57,370 nt of DNA from a virus. Lineage: Duplodnaviria; Caudoviricetes. Both the position numbers and the translations under genes were made by a program. The notes beneath the pieces are model-generated. The model saw only the letters and a list, made by a program, of their open reading frames with translations. It did no database searches and was not told where the DNA came from. Below, piece by piece: positions 46,570 to 56,102 of the stretch (within the stretch, counting starts at the first letter, position 1; each line of letters opens with the position of its first letter). The stretch covers positions 1-57,370 of the IMG/VR virus record IMGVR_UViG_3300042468_000162; one strand, given 5' to 3'.

Positions 46570-46875
46570 ATGCAGTATGAACTTCTAAATCTAGCCGAAG
46601 CTAGGCAATTGTTCACACACTACATCTTCAGGGATGAGGAGGGTGAGTACTACTTAGCTGACCATAGCATCCGTAACCTGCATGATCCTGCAAGTACAGA
46701 TGACGGTCTGCTGAGGGTAGACTTCAGTGAACCTGCAAAGGTAGACAATCGTATGGGTAACGTACACATCACAGTGACACAGAATGGCTTGAGGAAATGC
46801 AACCTAGTCACTTCGTTGTATGTAGCCCGTGAATTAGGCATGATCGATTACACATCCGTAACCACCAAGGAGTAG
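46570..46875 (+). CDS. Hypothetical protein
   Basis: GAGGAG RBS; start at 46564 (GTG) or 46570. Confidence 0.65.
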   Translation: MQYELLNLAEARQLFTHYIFRDEEGEYYLADHSIRNLHDPASTDDGLLRVDFSEPAKVDNRMGNVHITVTQNGLRKCNLVTSLYVARELGMIDYTSVTTKE

Positions 46876-46880
46876 ACATC

Positions 46881-47330
46881 ATGGGTTTAGATATGTACTT
46901 GAAGGCAAAGAAGTTTTATTACGATGAAGCTGAAGGCAATGCAATCATCAAGCTAGCTTTGCCTGAGAATCACCCGTTCAAGAAGCTACGCTCAGTAGAT
47001 GTATGCATTGATATTGGGTACTGGCGTAAGGCTAATGAGATTCACAACTGGTTTGTGACTAACGTACAGGACGGGGAGGACAATTGCAGGGAGTACTACG
47101 TAGCCCCTAAGCATATCGAGGAGTTGCTTGCAACTGTCCGTGAGGTACTTGATAACCCCAAGCTAGCTGAGAACATGCTACCTACACAAGGCGGATTCTT
47201 TTTTGGTTCCACTGAGTATGATGAGTACTACTTCAGTGAGCTAAGGCATACAGAAGAGATGCTAGCCAATGTGCTTAGCTTTGTGAAGGACAACCCAGGC
47301 TATCATTTGTACTATCAATCATCATGGTAA
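46881..47330 (+). CDS. Conserved hypothetical phage protein
   Basis: MGLDMYL, YWRKAN.IH.WF, GFFFGS, Y.SSW. Confidence 0.85.
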   Translation: MGLDMYLKAKKFYYDEAEGNAIIKLALPENHPFKKLRSVDVCIDIGYWRKANEIHNWFVTNVQDGEDNCREYYVAPKHIEELLATVREVLDNPKLAENMLPTQGGFFFGSTEYDEYYFSELRHTEEMLANVLSFVKDNPGYHLYYQSSW

Positions 47331-47551
47331 TGCGTATGTTTTCCAGATACCTTGACGCTGTAAATTTCTGTAGGTACAATTCAGTCAGTCCTGCACACAT
47401 CCAACGTACAGGGCATGGACTGAATCGCAAATGGCACATTAACATGGAGCAAACACAATGGGATACTATGAAAAACGCACTAAGTTCCTCGGTTTACCCA
47501 TCATTATCCGTAAAAGAGCGAAGAAGAGCAGAGGATTTTCTGTTCTCATAG
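47324..47551 (+). CDS. Hypothetical protein
   Basis: Overlaps the upstream stop. Confidence 0.4.
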   Translation: MVMRMFSRYLDAVNFCRYNSVSPAHIQRTGHGLNRKWHINMEQTQWDTMKNALSSSVYPSLSVKERRRAEDFLFS

Positions 47552-47661
47552 CCGATCCCACTACAGACTTCAACGCTATCCACATGGGTAAGCTTTCATT
47601 GTACTGGCACAGATTCACACCCGTTAAAGGAGTCTATCGCACTTGGTCACCGAAATCGTAA
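47458..47661 (+). CDS. Hypothetical basic protein
   Basis: GGAG RBS. Confidence 0.65.
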   Translation: MGYYEKRTKFLGLPIIIRKRAKKSRGFSVLIADPTTDFNAIHMGKLSLYWHRFTPVKGVYRTWSPKS

Positions 47662-48086
47662 TCGACAATCATCCCCATGCCCGTAGCTACACTAAGTATG
47701 GGGGTGCTTGTGACATCAAGGAACATGATTGGGTACACAGCAATGTTGTATTCCAGGCTAACCCAATCACCTATCAACCCATCATGGAGGCATTCAAAAC
47801 CAGTGAGCCATTCAAACTACTAGCTTGGAACCCAGTGATCGATTGCCCTACCAAGACAATCACTCGCTGGTACATGCAAGAATCACCTGTACCACTACAT
47901 GAAGGTGAGGCACTGTGGCTATCGTTTGAATCCATTAACAAACCACCATTCAGTTTCCTGCAATACCTATGTGACAAGTACCACATACCGATTGAAGTAA
48001 ACAGCATTTATCCGTACCAGATTTACCAAAAACGCATCCATTTACAACCGTTCGTAAACTCACAACCGTTATTAACAAGGAACTAG
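47643..48086 (+). CDS. Hypothetical protein
   Basis: AAGGAG upstream of a TTG start. Confidence 0.55.
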   Translation: MVTEIVIDNHPHARSYTKYGGACDIKEHDWVHSNVVFQANPITYQPIMEAFKTSEPFKLLAWNPVIDCPTKTITRWYMQESPVPLHEGEALWLSFESINKPPFSFLQYLCDKYHIPIEVNSIYPYQIYQKRIHLQPFVNSQPLLTRN

Positions 48087-48087
48087 C

Positions 48088-48957
48088 ATGAACGCAACAC
48101 TCGACACCGTACTTCCCGCACTTCCACAGATCCTTGACTTCGATCCAGTGCGTGAGCCTCAGATCCGTAATGGTGTAGCTATCCGTAACCAGTACTGGGT
48201 AGTCAATCCTAACACAGACACCGTTATTGGTAACGGTAAGTCCATTCACAATCCCCAGAACTTCAGCAAGGTATGGGACAGTTTCCGTGAGGGGTTACTG
48301 CACTCAGGTCTGGATACGTCCGAGGCCGAGGTCAAGTTCAATGTCATCAAGGAAGGTGCAGCCATGGAAGCACAGATCGTACTGAAGCGTTACCAGTACG
48401 AACAAGTGCTTGGTGAACCTGCCAAGATGACCATGAGTTTCCGTGACTCACATGACCAGTCAATCCGTAGGCAGATCAGGGCTATGATCTATCGCCTAGC
48501 TTGCCTGAACGGTATGATTGCACCACGTGAGGCAGTTGGTATTGTACAGAAGCACACTACTTACAGTGATCCAGATACCGTAGGTAAGATTGCTTCCAAG
48601 TTCCCTGACCAATTGCTGAAAGATGCACAGGTCATGCGCTTGATGCAGGGTGTCAAGGTTCAACGTGCAGATGCCATTGATTTCCTTGAGCGTAACGTAG
48701 CTACCTATCCAACCAAGACAGGTACGAAGGTTAACAAGAAGTGGTTAGATCGTATCGTAGGTATTCACGATAGCTACAATATCCTAGGTGAGAATAGTTA
48801 TCATTTGTACAATACTCTCACTCACATCAGTACTCACGTGGAATCACGCACTGCTGATGTAGCTACCAAGCGTATCCGTATCGAGCAGGACATCGAGTCT
48901 GTGATTCGTGGTGAAGAGTTCCAGACTAGGTTTATGCCTGAATTGCTAGCTGCATAG
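48088..48957 (+). CDS. DUF932 family protein
   Basis: DSHDQS...RLACLNGM...KHT, LYNTLT. Confidence 0.85.
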   Translation: MNATLDTVLPALPQILDFDPVREPQIRNGVAIRNQYWVVNPNTDTVIGNGKSIHNPQNFSKVWDSFREGLLHSGLDTSEAEVKFNVIKEGAAMEAQIVLKRYQYEQVLGEPAKMTMSFRDSHDQSIRRQIRAMIYRLACLNGMIAPREAVGIVQKHTTYSDPDTVGKIASKFPDQLLKDAQVMRLMQGVKVQRADAIDFLERNVATYPTKTGTKVNKKWLDRIVGIHDSYNILGENSYHLYNTLTHISTHVESRTADVATKRIRIEQDIESVIRGEEFQTRFMPELLAA

Positions 48958-48967
48958 GAGAGTAGAC

Positions 48968-49117
48968 ATGAAGACGGGACATAGGCGTAGTCGTAACCCA
49001 GTAGCAAAGGACTTACGTACACCTAAGTACCGTCTTCGTGTACTCAAGGATAAGCGTAAGCAGTTGCAAGAAAAGCTTATTAAAAAGGAGATTGAAGATG
49101 CTAAGCAGGATGTTTGA
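48968..49117 (+). CDS. Small basic protein (49 aa; not in the ORF track)
   Basis: MKTGHRRSRNPVAKDLRTPKYRLRVLKDKR...; AGGAG RBS. Confidence 0.7.
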   Translation: MKTGHRRSRNPVAKDLRTPKYRLRVLKDKRKQLQEKLIKKEIEDAKQDV

Positions 49118-49355
49118 TTTTATATTCTCATCCATGCAGGTAATATTAGTTGCCTCATGTATCTGTCTCATTGTCTTTTTCTTAATTGAAGCTGACAATA
49201 AGAATGTATCCGAACGTGTAGCACGTAATCTGTGTAAGCCTACGGAGGGACACTTGGTACGTGAACTAAATGATCGGGGTGATTACTTTTGTTACTCACG
49301 AAACAAAGATGGTAAGACATTCAATAGGGTTGTATTAAATACAGGAGAAAATTAA
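49098..49355 (+). CDS. Membrane-anchored hypothetical protein
   Basis: AAGGAG RBS; N-terminal transmembrane segment. Confidence 0.65.
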   Translation: MLSRMFDFIFSSMQVILVASCICLIVFFLIEADNKNVSERVARNLCKPTEGHLVRELNDRGDYFCYSRNKDGKTFNRVVLNTGEN

Positions 49356-49750
49356 TGGCTGAAGTAGCGAGTATTGTAGAGCATGAAGATGGCAGTGTTA
49401 CCCTGACCTTGGACATGACAAGTGAGGAGACATCTACCTTACTTTCATGGGCACTGAAGGAAGCAATTAACAATGCGATTAAGATGGACAAAGAGTACCA
49501 ATGGAGTGCTACACAGAAGGATAGCAAAAGCATTGTGAGATACAGACAAGGATCTGCACATTGGGAAGATGATGATCACATATCTGTGTATGCATTAGAT
49601 CATCCCAAGTATGGTGAAGGTATCACAAGAACTTCCACTGTACTACGTGTTAGAGCCACTGCCTTTGGTGGCATTTATGAAACAAGGAATTCTATCTATG
49701 TCCCAGATCAATACACCCCAAAGCACACCAACACCAACGATGAAGCATAA
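49355..49750 (+). CDS. Hypothetical protein
   Basis: AGGAG RBS; E.EDGS, DHP..G, RTS.V and ETRNSIY motifs. Confidence 0.7.
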   Translation: MAEVASIVEHEDGSVTLTLDMTSEETSTLLSWALKEAINNAIKMDKEYQWSATQKDSKSIVRYRQGSAHWEDDDHISVYALDHPKYGEGITRTSTVLRVRATAFGGIYETRNSIYVPDQYTPKHTNTNDEA

Positions 49751-50207
49751 TTACCTGTCCGTAGCATACCGATTTGGACAGACTAATAACCACTGGTACG
49801 TAGTTTACTTAGGTGATGACCAAGCGAAGGCTATGGCATTAGCTGAGGATGAAGTAGCAGAACGTGGTGGTAAGTACGGTGTAGCTACCTTTAAAGTACC
49901 CGATACACATGTACCTGAAGTGTCTTATAAAACCATGCTTTGCTACTTCCCATCTGCAGCCAATGAACGTGTGCCCTATCATACCTACAGGTACGATGAA
50001 CTCATGGATATGGGTATGATCCTAGAGGATTACATGCAAGGACATGTGTACAGGATTGAAGAGACTAATCCACAGACACCTGCATTTGTGGAGAAGGTAG
50101 GCATTGAACCCGATGCAATTGTAGTCAAGGAAGCTACTCGTAGGAAGGAGAAGTACGCTATGCTTACCCAGGCACAGATACAAAGGCTTGCTATCTACAC
50201 TGACTAA
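49740..50207 (+). CDS. Hypothetical protein
   Basis: Start trimmed to ATG 49740, which overlaps the upstream stop. Confidence 0.65.
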   Translation: MKHNYLSVAYRFGQTNNHWYVVYLGDDQAKAMALAEDEVAERGGKYGVATFKVPDTHVPEVSYKTMLCYFPSAANERVPYHTYRYDELMDMGMILEDYMQGHVYRIEETNPQTPAFVEKVGIEPDAIVVKEATRRKEKYAMLTQAQIQRLAIYTD

Positions 50208-50215
50208 TCATTATT

Positions 50216-51202
50216 GTGAACAATAAACTATTCATTAGCATTGCTAGCTATAATGATCCTTTGTTGTGGTTTACGGTGAAAGATGCCTACGATAAAGCTA
50301 CACACAAAGACCAGTTAGTCTTTGGTATCTTTGATCAATCGCCGTATCCACAGCATGTAAGATTGAATAAGCTACCTTTCCACAAGCAGATCAAGTATGT
50401 ACACATACATACTATGGATGCTAGGGGTGCATGTTGGGCTAGAGCAGTGACACAAACACTGCTAGCAGATGAAAGGTACTTCATGCAGATAGATTCACAT
50501 ACGTGGTTTGAGCGAGGGTGGGATGACTTTTGCATACGTATGCTACATGCACCTGTCGTTAAGAATCTTAAGCGTGTGTACACTTCCTACCCACGTGCCT
50601 TTGAGTTTAAGGATAAGATACCTGTATCTGTAGCACAGTCGAGTGATCTCATTCATATCTTTCCCAAGGAAGGTGTGACACTTAAAGATAACACACCTGC
50701 TATTGAGTTTGCTTCCGCATTCCATAGTATTAAAGACAACATACTTGCACACCACATAGCAGGTGGTTTTATATTTAGCTTCAGTCAGTTCGCCCGTGAA
50801 GTACCCTATGATCCTAACCTATACTTTTTAGGTGAAGAGCAGACACTTGCAGTGAGGGCATGGACACACGGTTGGGATCTTATACACCCACCCTATGTGC
50901 CTTTGTATCACTACTATGGAAGAGAGACAGAGGCTAGACACTGGACTGATGGAGAGAATGAACAACGCACTGTGCCCTGGTGGGAGTTTGCAAAACAAGC
51001 TGATCAACGTATGGCAGATATGCTTTATCACGGAAAGGATTTAGGTGCATATGGTCTAGGTACAGTAAGAACACTAGCTGACTTCGCATTGTTTTGTGGT
51101 ATTGATTATGAGGCAAAGACCATAGACTTTGAGAAAGCTAAAAATATTAATAAGGTGTATGTCATACCGCAGTTTTATAAGGAACCTATTGATGAAAGTT
51201 AA
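50216..51202 (+). CDS. GT-A fold glycosyltransferase, GT60 / Skp1-hydroxyproline GlcNAc-transferase-like
   Basis: FISIASY.D, ARGACWAR, QIDSH (DxH), EVPYDP.LYF.GEE, WTHGWD, YGLGTVRTL. Confidence 0.85.
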   Translation: MNNKLFISIASYNDPLLWFTVKDAYDKATHKDQLVFGIFDQSPYPQHVRLNKLPFHKQIKYVHIHTMDARGACWARAVTQTLLADERYFMQIDSHTWFERGWDDFCIRMLHAPVVKNLKRVYTSYPRAFEFKDKIPVSVAQSSDLIHIFPKEGVTLKDNTPAIEFASAFHSIKDNILAHHIAGGFIFSFSQFAREVPYDPNLYFLGEEQTLAVRAWTHGWDLIHPPYVPLYHYYGRETEARHWTDGENEQRTVPWWEFAKQADQRMADMLYHGKDLGAYGLGTVRTLADFALFCGIDYEAKTIDFEKAKNINKVYVIPQFYKEPIDES

Positions 51203-51863
51203 ATTGATTTCGTATACATATGTAAACACAGGAGCATTTGTAGATGACGATGGCGTTTATACAGGACATCCCCAAACGATTAAGGAATTGGTTGCGTACT
51301 GCGCTCGTGTCTCGAATCCATCCAATCAATTCAACAGCAGAACCGCAGACAAACTACTGGAGTACCTCATTGAACATAAGCACTGGTCGCCTTTCGAGAT
51401 GGTCAACCTCTGCCTTGAAATCACTACCACCAGAGACATTGCAAGGCAGATCCTCAGACATAGATCCTTTAGCTTCCAAGAGTTTAGCCAACGATATGCT
51501 GACCCAACTAAAGAACTCGCATTTGTACTTAGAGAAGCAAGGCTACAAGACAAATCTAACCGACAGAATTCTATTGAAACTAATGACAAAAGATTGCAAG
51601 AAGTCTGGGAGTACCACCAACTCGCAGTGAAACATGCAGCATTGGATGCCTACAACTGGGCTATCAAGCATGGGTTAGCTAAGGAAGTTGCAAGGTCTGT
51701 GTTACCCGAAGGCATGATGGAATCTAGGATGTATATGAACGGTACATTGCGTAGTTGGTTACATTACCTAGACCTACGCACTAAGAATGGTACACAGAAA
51801 GAGCATGTAGAGGTAGCACTGGCATGTGCAGAGGCTATTGCTAGTGTCTTTCACTTGGAGTGA
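51192..51863 (+). CDS. thyX: FAD-dependent thymidylate synthase
   Basis: HWSPFE, RHRSFSFQEFSQRY, AR.VLP, LRSW; start at ATG 51192. Confidence 0.96.
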   Translation: MKVKLISYTYVNTGAFVDDDGVYTGHPQTIKELVAYCARVSNPSNQFNSRTADKLLEYLIEHKHWSPFEMVNLCLEITTTRDIARQILRHRSFSFQEFSQRYADPTKELAFVLREARLQDKSNRQNSIETNDKRLQEVWEYHQLAVKHAALDAYNWAIKHGLAKEVARSVLPEGMMESRMYMNGTLRSWLHYLDLRTKNGTQKEHVEVALACAEAIASVFHLE

Positions 51864-51872
51864 GGAGTTAAT

Positions 51873-52064
51873 ATGAACACAGATGACTTCGTTCGTATCG
51901 CTAGGTACACCCATGTGGGATCTATCTATGCCAATAAATCCCTTGTAGATTTTGCTGAAGCAATTGCCTATGAAGCTAGTGAAGATAGGCTAACTAATTG
52001 CATCAATGTATTGGAGAAGTATGGCATGAAGAAAGCTGCAGATATATTAAGAGGTGAAGGATGA
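51873..52064 (+). CDS. Hypothetical protein
   Basis: GAGGAG RBS. Confidence 0.7.
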   Translation: MNTDDFVRIARYTHVGSIYANKSLVDFAEAIAYEASEDRLTNCINVLEKYGMKKAADILRGEG

Positions 52065-52393
52065 ACAGAGAAGACATCATCCGCATGGCTAGGGAGGCTG
52101 GATTAGCTTACGGATCTGACGAAAAGCCATTAAGTTCTGTAACACGCTTCGCTGCCCTCATTGCTGCTGCCGAGCGTGAAAAAGTTGCCGCATGGATGAT
52201 GCGACAAGGCTACGCAACCGGCCACGGCGACACCGTGGAGGACTTGCTGAAAGAGCTTGAGTGGCAAATTGAAGAGCGCATAAGAAACGAGCGTGAGGCC
52301 GTGATAGCCATCGTGAACGACAACTCAGATAGCGATGGGGTGTGCTGCACAGATGATCTACTTGTTGCCATACGAGCAAGGGGAAACATATGA
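52061..52393 (+). CDS. Small modular protein (IIRMAREAG/EREA/IRARG family)
   Basis: ATGA-coupled; recurrent phage motif blocks. Confidence 0.75.
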   Translation: MNREDIIRMAREAGLAYGSDEKPLSSVTRFAALIAAAEREKVAAWMMRQGYATGHGDTVEDLLKELEWQIEERIRNEREAVIAIVNDNSDSDGVCCTDDLLVAIRARGNI

Positions 52394-52890
52394 ACATATA
52401 TCCATTCGCAGGGGAAATCAAAATGATTAAGGCAATTAAAGACGGGCAGGAAGTGGTTGAGTGGCAGCGGGTTGATCTTACCTACCACGCTGACGGGAAT
52501 GTGGGTATCGGCACTCCACCGGATGCGTCTGCGCCGCTGGTGATGGGTGAGCCTGTTGAGCGTATACGTTTCATAATGAGCAATCAAGAACCAGAAGCGC
52601 ATGTGTTCGCTCATCCAACAACCGAATGGGCACGAGTTGACAAAGACTTAAACGTCACCCATCTCGACATGGAGTTATGCGCTAAAGGCCCGCAGAATGT
52701 TTATACAGCCCTGGCACTTGCTATCTGGAACAAGGCGATTGCACAAGAGCGTGAGGCGTGTGCGAAGGTGTGTGAGGATATTCCTTTGCCAAAAGATTCA
52801 GAAGCATTGACGCATCTGCCAACGATTGAGAGATGCGCCGCCGCCATACGAGCAAGGGGCGAAGCCGAGTACGGAAGGGGTGAAGGATGA
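52390..52890 (+). CDS. Modular protein ending in EREACAKVC...CAAAIRARG
   Basis: ATGA-coupled; shares its C-terminal block with the previous gene. Confidence 0.7.
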   Translation: MNIYPFAGEIKMIKAIKDGQEVVEWQRVDLTYHADGNVGIGTPPDASAPLVMGEPVERIRFIMSNQEPEAHVFAHPTTEWARVDKDLNVTHLDMELCAKGPQNVYTALALAIWNKAIAQEREACAKVCEDIPLPKDSEALTHLPTIERCAAAIRARGEAEYGRGEG

Positions 52891-53192
52891 ACCACACTCA
52901 AATCATACAAGCTGTAACTGCCACACCATTAACTGCTATCGATCTACAAAAGAAGTTTAAAGTACCACATGCCCGTGTAGTAGCTGTATTACAGTACATG
53001 CGTAAGCAAAACATGGTCATTGCAGTTAAGGTAGGTACTAAGTGGGCATGGACAGTGCCCGACTATGTACCCGAAGAAGCTGTCATTACGCAGCCTGAGT
53101 CTAAGAAAGAACGTATGAAGTTCCTATCAACTGTATTCAACAATTGGGGTAGGCAATCACATGAGGCAAGCCAAACGAACACGGATAGCTGA
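52887..53192 (+). CDS. Putative winged-helix DNA-binding protein
   Basis: PLTAIDL...V..VL..M..wing pattern; directly upstream of the recombinase. Confidence 0.5.
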   Translation: MNHTQIIQAVTATPLTAIDLQKKFKVPHARVVAVLQYMRKQNMVIAVKVGTKWAWTVPDYVPEEAVITQPESKKERMKFLSTVFNNWGRQSHEASQTNTDS

Positions 53193-54081
53193 TGCAGTAG
53201 AGCAGTACTACAAGTCACTTGAGTACCGATCACTCTCTCCACAAGCACAGAAAGATTATCGGTACTGTCTTAACACTTTCTTACAGACACCTCTCATGGG
53301 CAGGAAGGTAGAGGTTATGTACCTACAAACACTTACTACACCCTTAGCCCAACGTGCATACAACACTTGGGCTGAGAGAGGTGTACCTTTTGCTAATCAC
53401 ACCATGTCAGCTGCCTCTGTAGTATTCAATCATGCCATACGTCTGGGATACTGTGAGATAAATCCCTTCAGCAAGGTACTTAGAAGGCCCCACAAGCCAC
53501 GCAAAGTAGTCTGGACTAGGGAGGATATCACCCGCTTCCTAAACGTGGCTTATAGCTCGTTTAATACCCGTTCTGTGGGATTGATAGTTCAGATGGCATA
53601 CGAGTGGTGTCAGAGACTTGGGGATATGTCCAATCTTAAGTGGACTAACTACAATTTTGATACTAAAGTACTATCACTTGAGCAGTCAAAGCGTAGGGCT
53701 AGGGTAGAGTTACCTACAACGGAGGAGTTACATGAGATGTTAGTGCAGCAGAAGCAGGAAGTAGGCACAGATTATGTAGCTCCTCAGTGCCATAGCAATA
53801 GGATCTTTAACAAGCCTTACGATAAGTTTCAATTGGCACTCGTGGCAAGGAAAGTGATACGTAAGGCAGGGTTACCTGAAGAGCTACAGATTATGGATAT
53901 GAGAAGGACAGGCACGATGGAGATGGTCGATGCAGGTGTTTCGTTACCACAAATCATGTCAGTGACAGGACATGTAAGTCCTGGTTCAGTAACCCCTTAC
54001 ATGAAGAACACTTTGACAAGTGCTAAAAATGCTGCTAAGCTTCGCTTCACCAACACGGACAGTGTACATTTAAATGATTAA
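53161..54081 (+). CDS. Tyrosine recombinase / integrase
   Basis: NPF, QRLGD (Arg I), QSK, DMRRT (Arg II), TGH, PY (catalytic Tyr). Confidence 0.9.
   Translation: MRQAKRTRIADAVEQYYKSLEYRSLSPQAQKDYRYCLNTFLQTPLMGRKVEVMYLQTLTTPLAQRAYNTWAERGVPFANHTMSAASVVFNHAIRLGYCEINPFSKVLRRPHKPRKVVWTREDITRFLNVAYSSFNTRSVGLIVQMAYEWCQRLGDMSNLKWTNYNFDTKVLSLEQSKRRARVELPTTEELHEMLVQQKQEVGTDYVAPQCHSNRIFNKPYDKFQLALVARKVIRKAGLPEELQIMDMRRTGTMEMVDAGVSLPQIMSVTGHVSPGSVTPYMKNTLTSAKNAAKLRFTNTDSVHLND
54013..54041 (+). promoter_or_regulatory. Putative sigma70 promoter for primase/helicase within the integrase 3' end
   Basis: TTGACA-N17-TAAGCT. Confidence 0.55.
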
Positions 54082-54910
54082 TATAAAAGACTATGTATCT
54101 AATTTAGATTTATACATAGGTCAAACATATAGAAGTACATGTCCAGTGTGTAGTAGAAAGAATACATTTACAGTTACTAATGATAACGGTACACTTGTAT
54201 GGAATTGTTATGCTAATAGCTGTACATTGAGAGGTAAGTTAGGTGTAGGTTTACGTGTAGAAGATATACGTAAACTTATACATGGCAGTAAAGATAAAGA
54301 AGATATACCCTTTGTACTACCTGAATGGATCGTTAAAGACCATGAACACATTCAAACATTTCGTAGGCAGAACTGTATCCCCGACACCGTGGAACTACGC
54401 TTCGATATCCGAGATAGTCGAATTGTATTTACAGTCATGGACAGAGGTAAGATGGTTGATGCTGTCGGAAGACATTATTCCCCAGAGGGGGGTGGAAGGA
54501 TCTTTAATGCACCATCTGTTCGCCGTACCCCGAAGTGGAAAAGGTATGGCAATTCTCGCAGAGCGTACACTTGCGGGGAAAGTTCTACAATTATCCTCGT
54601 TGAAGACTGTGTTTCAGCTACCCAAGCATTGCACTTTCAATGCACAGGATTCGCTATCATGGGGACAGCCTTACTTAGGGAACACATTGAGCAACTACAA
54701 GGTTACTCACGTGTCATAGTGGCACTTGACCCCGATGCAATGGCTAAGACTGTTGCATACACCAGAGAACTCAAGTCACATGGCATTGACGCATATGCAT
54801 TGAAGCTGTATGATGACTTGAAATATCGCCAACCCCAGGACATGCAACGTGTCCACTCATTGATTGAGAGTAAAGATGGAACATGCCTTACTGAAGAGCC
54901 TACTCGATAA
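54074..54910 (+). CDS. DNA primase (zinc finger + TOPRIM)
   Basis: CPVC...CYANSC, LVED..SA, MGT, ALDPDA. Confidence 0.9.
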   Translation: MINIKDYVSNLDLYIGQTYRSTCPVCSRKNTFTVTNDNGTLVWNCYANSCTLRGKLGVGLRVEDIRKLIHGSKDKEDIPFVLPEWIVKDHEHIQTFRRQNCIPDTVELRFDIRDSRIVFTVMDRGKMVDAVGRHYSPEGGGRIFNAPSVRRTPKWKRYGNSRRAYTCGESSTIILVEDCVSATQALHFQCTGFAIMGTALLREHIEQLQGYSRVIVALDPDAMAKTVAYTRELKSHGIDAYALKLYDDLKYRQPQDMQRVHSLIESKDGTCLTEEPTR

Positions 54911-56102
54911 AGATTTCTACGATGAAACACGAGGGGCTAAGTGTCCCGACAAGATCTTTAGCAAGGATCTACGCAAGATAAAACAACTCATTGACAGTGC
55001 CATGGAAGAGTACCAACGGGACATAACTCCAGAGGAACTAGAGGCTCTGTACTTCACCGAGAATCCCACACTTACAACGGCACAGAAACATGCCATGCAT
55101 CTTGAGTTTAAAAAGATACATGGAAGTTCTGCCATGGGTGCAGATGTAGCACAGAAAATAATCAGTAACCTGTTCAGACAGCTAGTAGGTGAGGAGGTAG
55201 CTAACCTAGGATTCCAGTATGTGAATGGTGAACAGAGCACCATGGAACCACTGAGGCAGATCCTTGATAACTATCAGGATGATTTCACCCCACAGATAAG
55301 AGTTAATTACGTAGACAATAGCATTGATAACCTGTTACAAAAGGCAGCTAGCAATACCAAGTGGAGATTCAACATACCTTCATTGTTTAATTCAGTGCAA
55401 GGCTTAGACAACGGTATGCTGTTTGTGATCGGTGCTAGATCTAACGTGGGTAAGTCAAGCTTTCACAGTACCTTATGTGCCTCACCCCATGGATGGGCAT
55501 CACAAGAAGCACGTATACTAGTCTTGTGCAATGAGGAGAAACCAGAGCGAGTGGCTAGCAGGTACATGACAGCAGCTACAGGTATGACCATGACACAGAT
55601 AGCTGCTGACAAGGCACAGGCACACAGGCTTTATGATCCCATAAAAGATAATATAAAGTTTGTAGATGCTACAGGTAAGACCATGCGATGGGCAGAGTCA
55701 GTGATCAAGACACACAAGCCTGACATTGTAGTGCTTGACATTGGATCTAAGTTCGCTGAAGATGGTGCATCTACTCAAGATCCTGCAGTACTTAAAGCCA
55801 ATGCAGTGTATGCAAGAAACATTGGGAAGATGTACGGTTGCCTTGTAGTTTATTGCACACAGTTATCTGCTGAGGCTGAAGGTAAGATCGTTCTATCTCA
55901 AGCCATGATCGAAGGTAGTAAGACAGGACTTGCAGGAGAGAGTGACCTAATGATTTTAATTGCACGTAATCCTCCATTGCAGGACTCTACAGATGGAGAT
56001 GATGGGCAGAGGCACTTGAACATTGTAAAGAATAAGATCAATGGTATACACCGAATCATCCATGCAGAGTTTGATTATTCCACTGGAGTGTACTTCTCAT
56101 GA
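54876..56102 (+). CDS. DnaB-like (SF4) replicative helicase
   Basis: ARSNVGKS (Walker A), NEE, VVLD, TQLS, IVKNK; start at ATG 54876. Confidence 0.93.
   Translation: MEHALLKSLLDKDFYDETRGAKCPDKIFSKDLRKIKQLIDSAMEEYQRDITPEELEALYFTENPTLTTAQKHAMHLEFKKIHGSSAMGADVAQKIISNLFRQLVGEEVANLGFQYVNGEQSTMEPLRQILDNYQDDFTPQIRVNYVDNSIDNLLQKAASNTKWRFNIPSLFNSVQGLDNGMLFVIGARSNVGKSSFHSTLCASPHGWASQEARILVLCNEEKPERVASRYMTAATGMTMTQIAADKAQAHRLYDPIKDNIKFVDATGKTMRWAESVIKTHKPDIVVLDIGSKFAEDGASTQDPAVLKANAVYARNIGKMYGCLVVYCTQLSAEAEGKIVLSQAMIEGSKTGLAGESDLMILIARNPPLQDSTDGDDGQRHLNIVKNKINGIHRIIHAEFDYSTGVYFS

Noticed and set aside
52492-52515. DGNVGIGT tail-fibre-like motif in an early mini-gene
   Set aside because: A single 8-residue match with no other fibre features; could be chance
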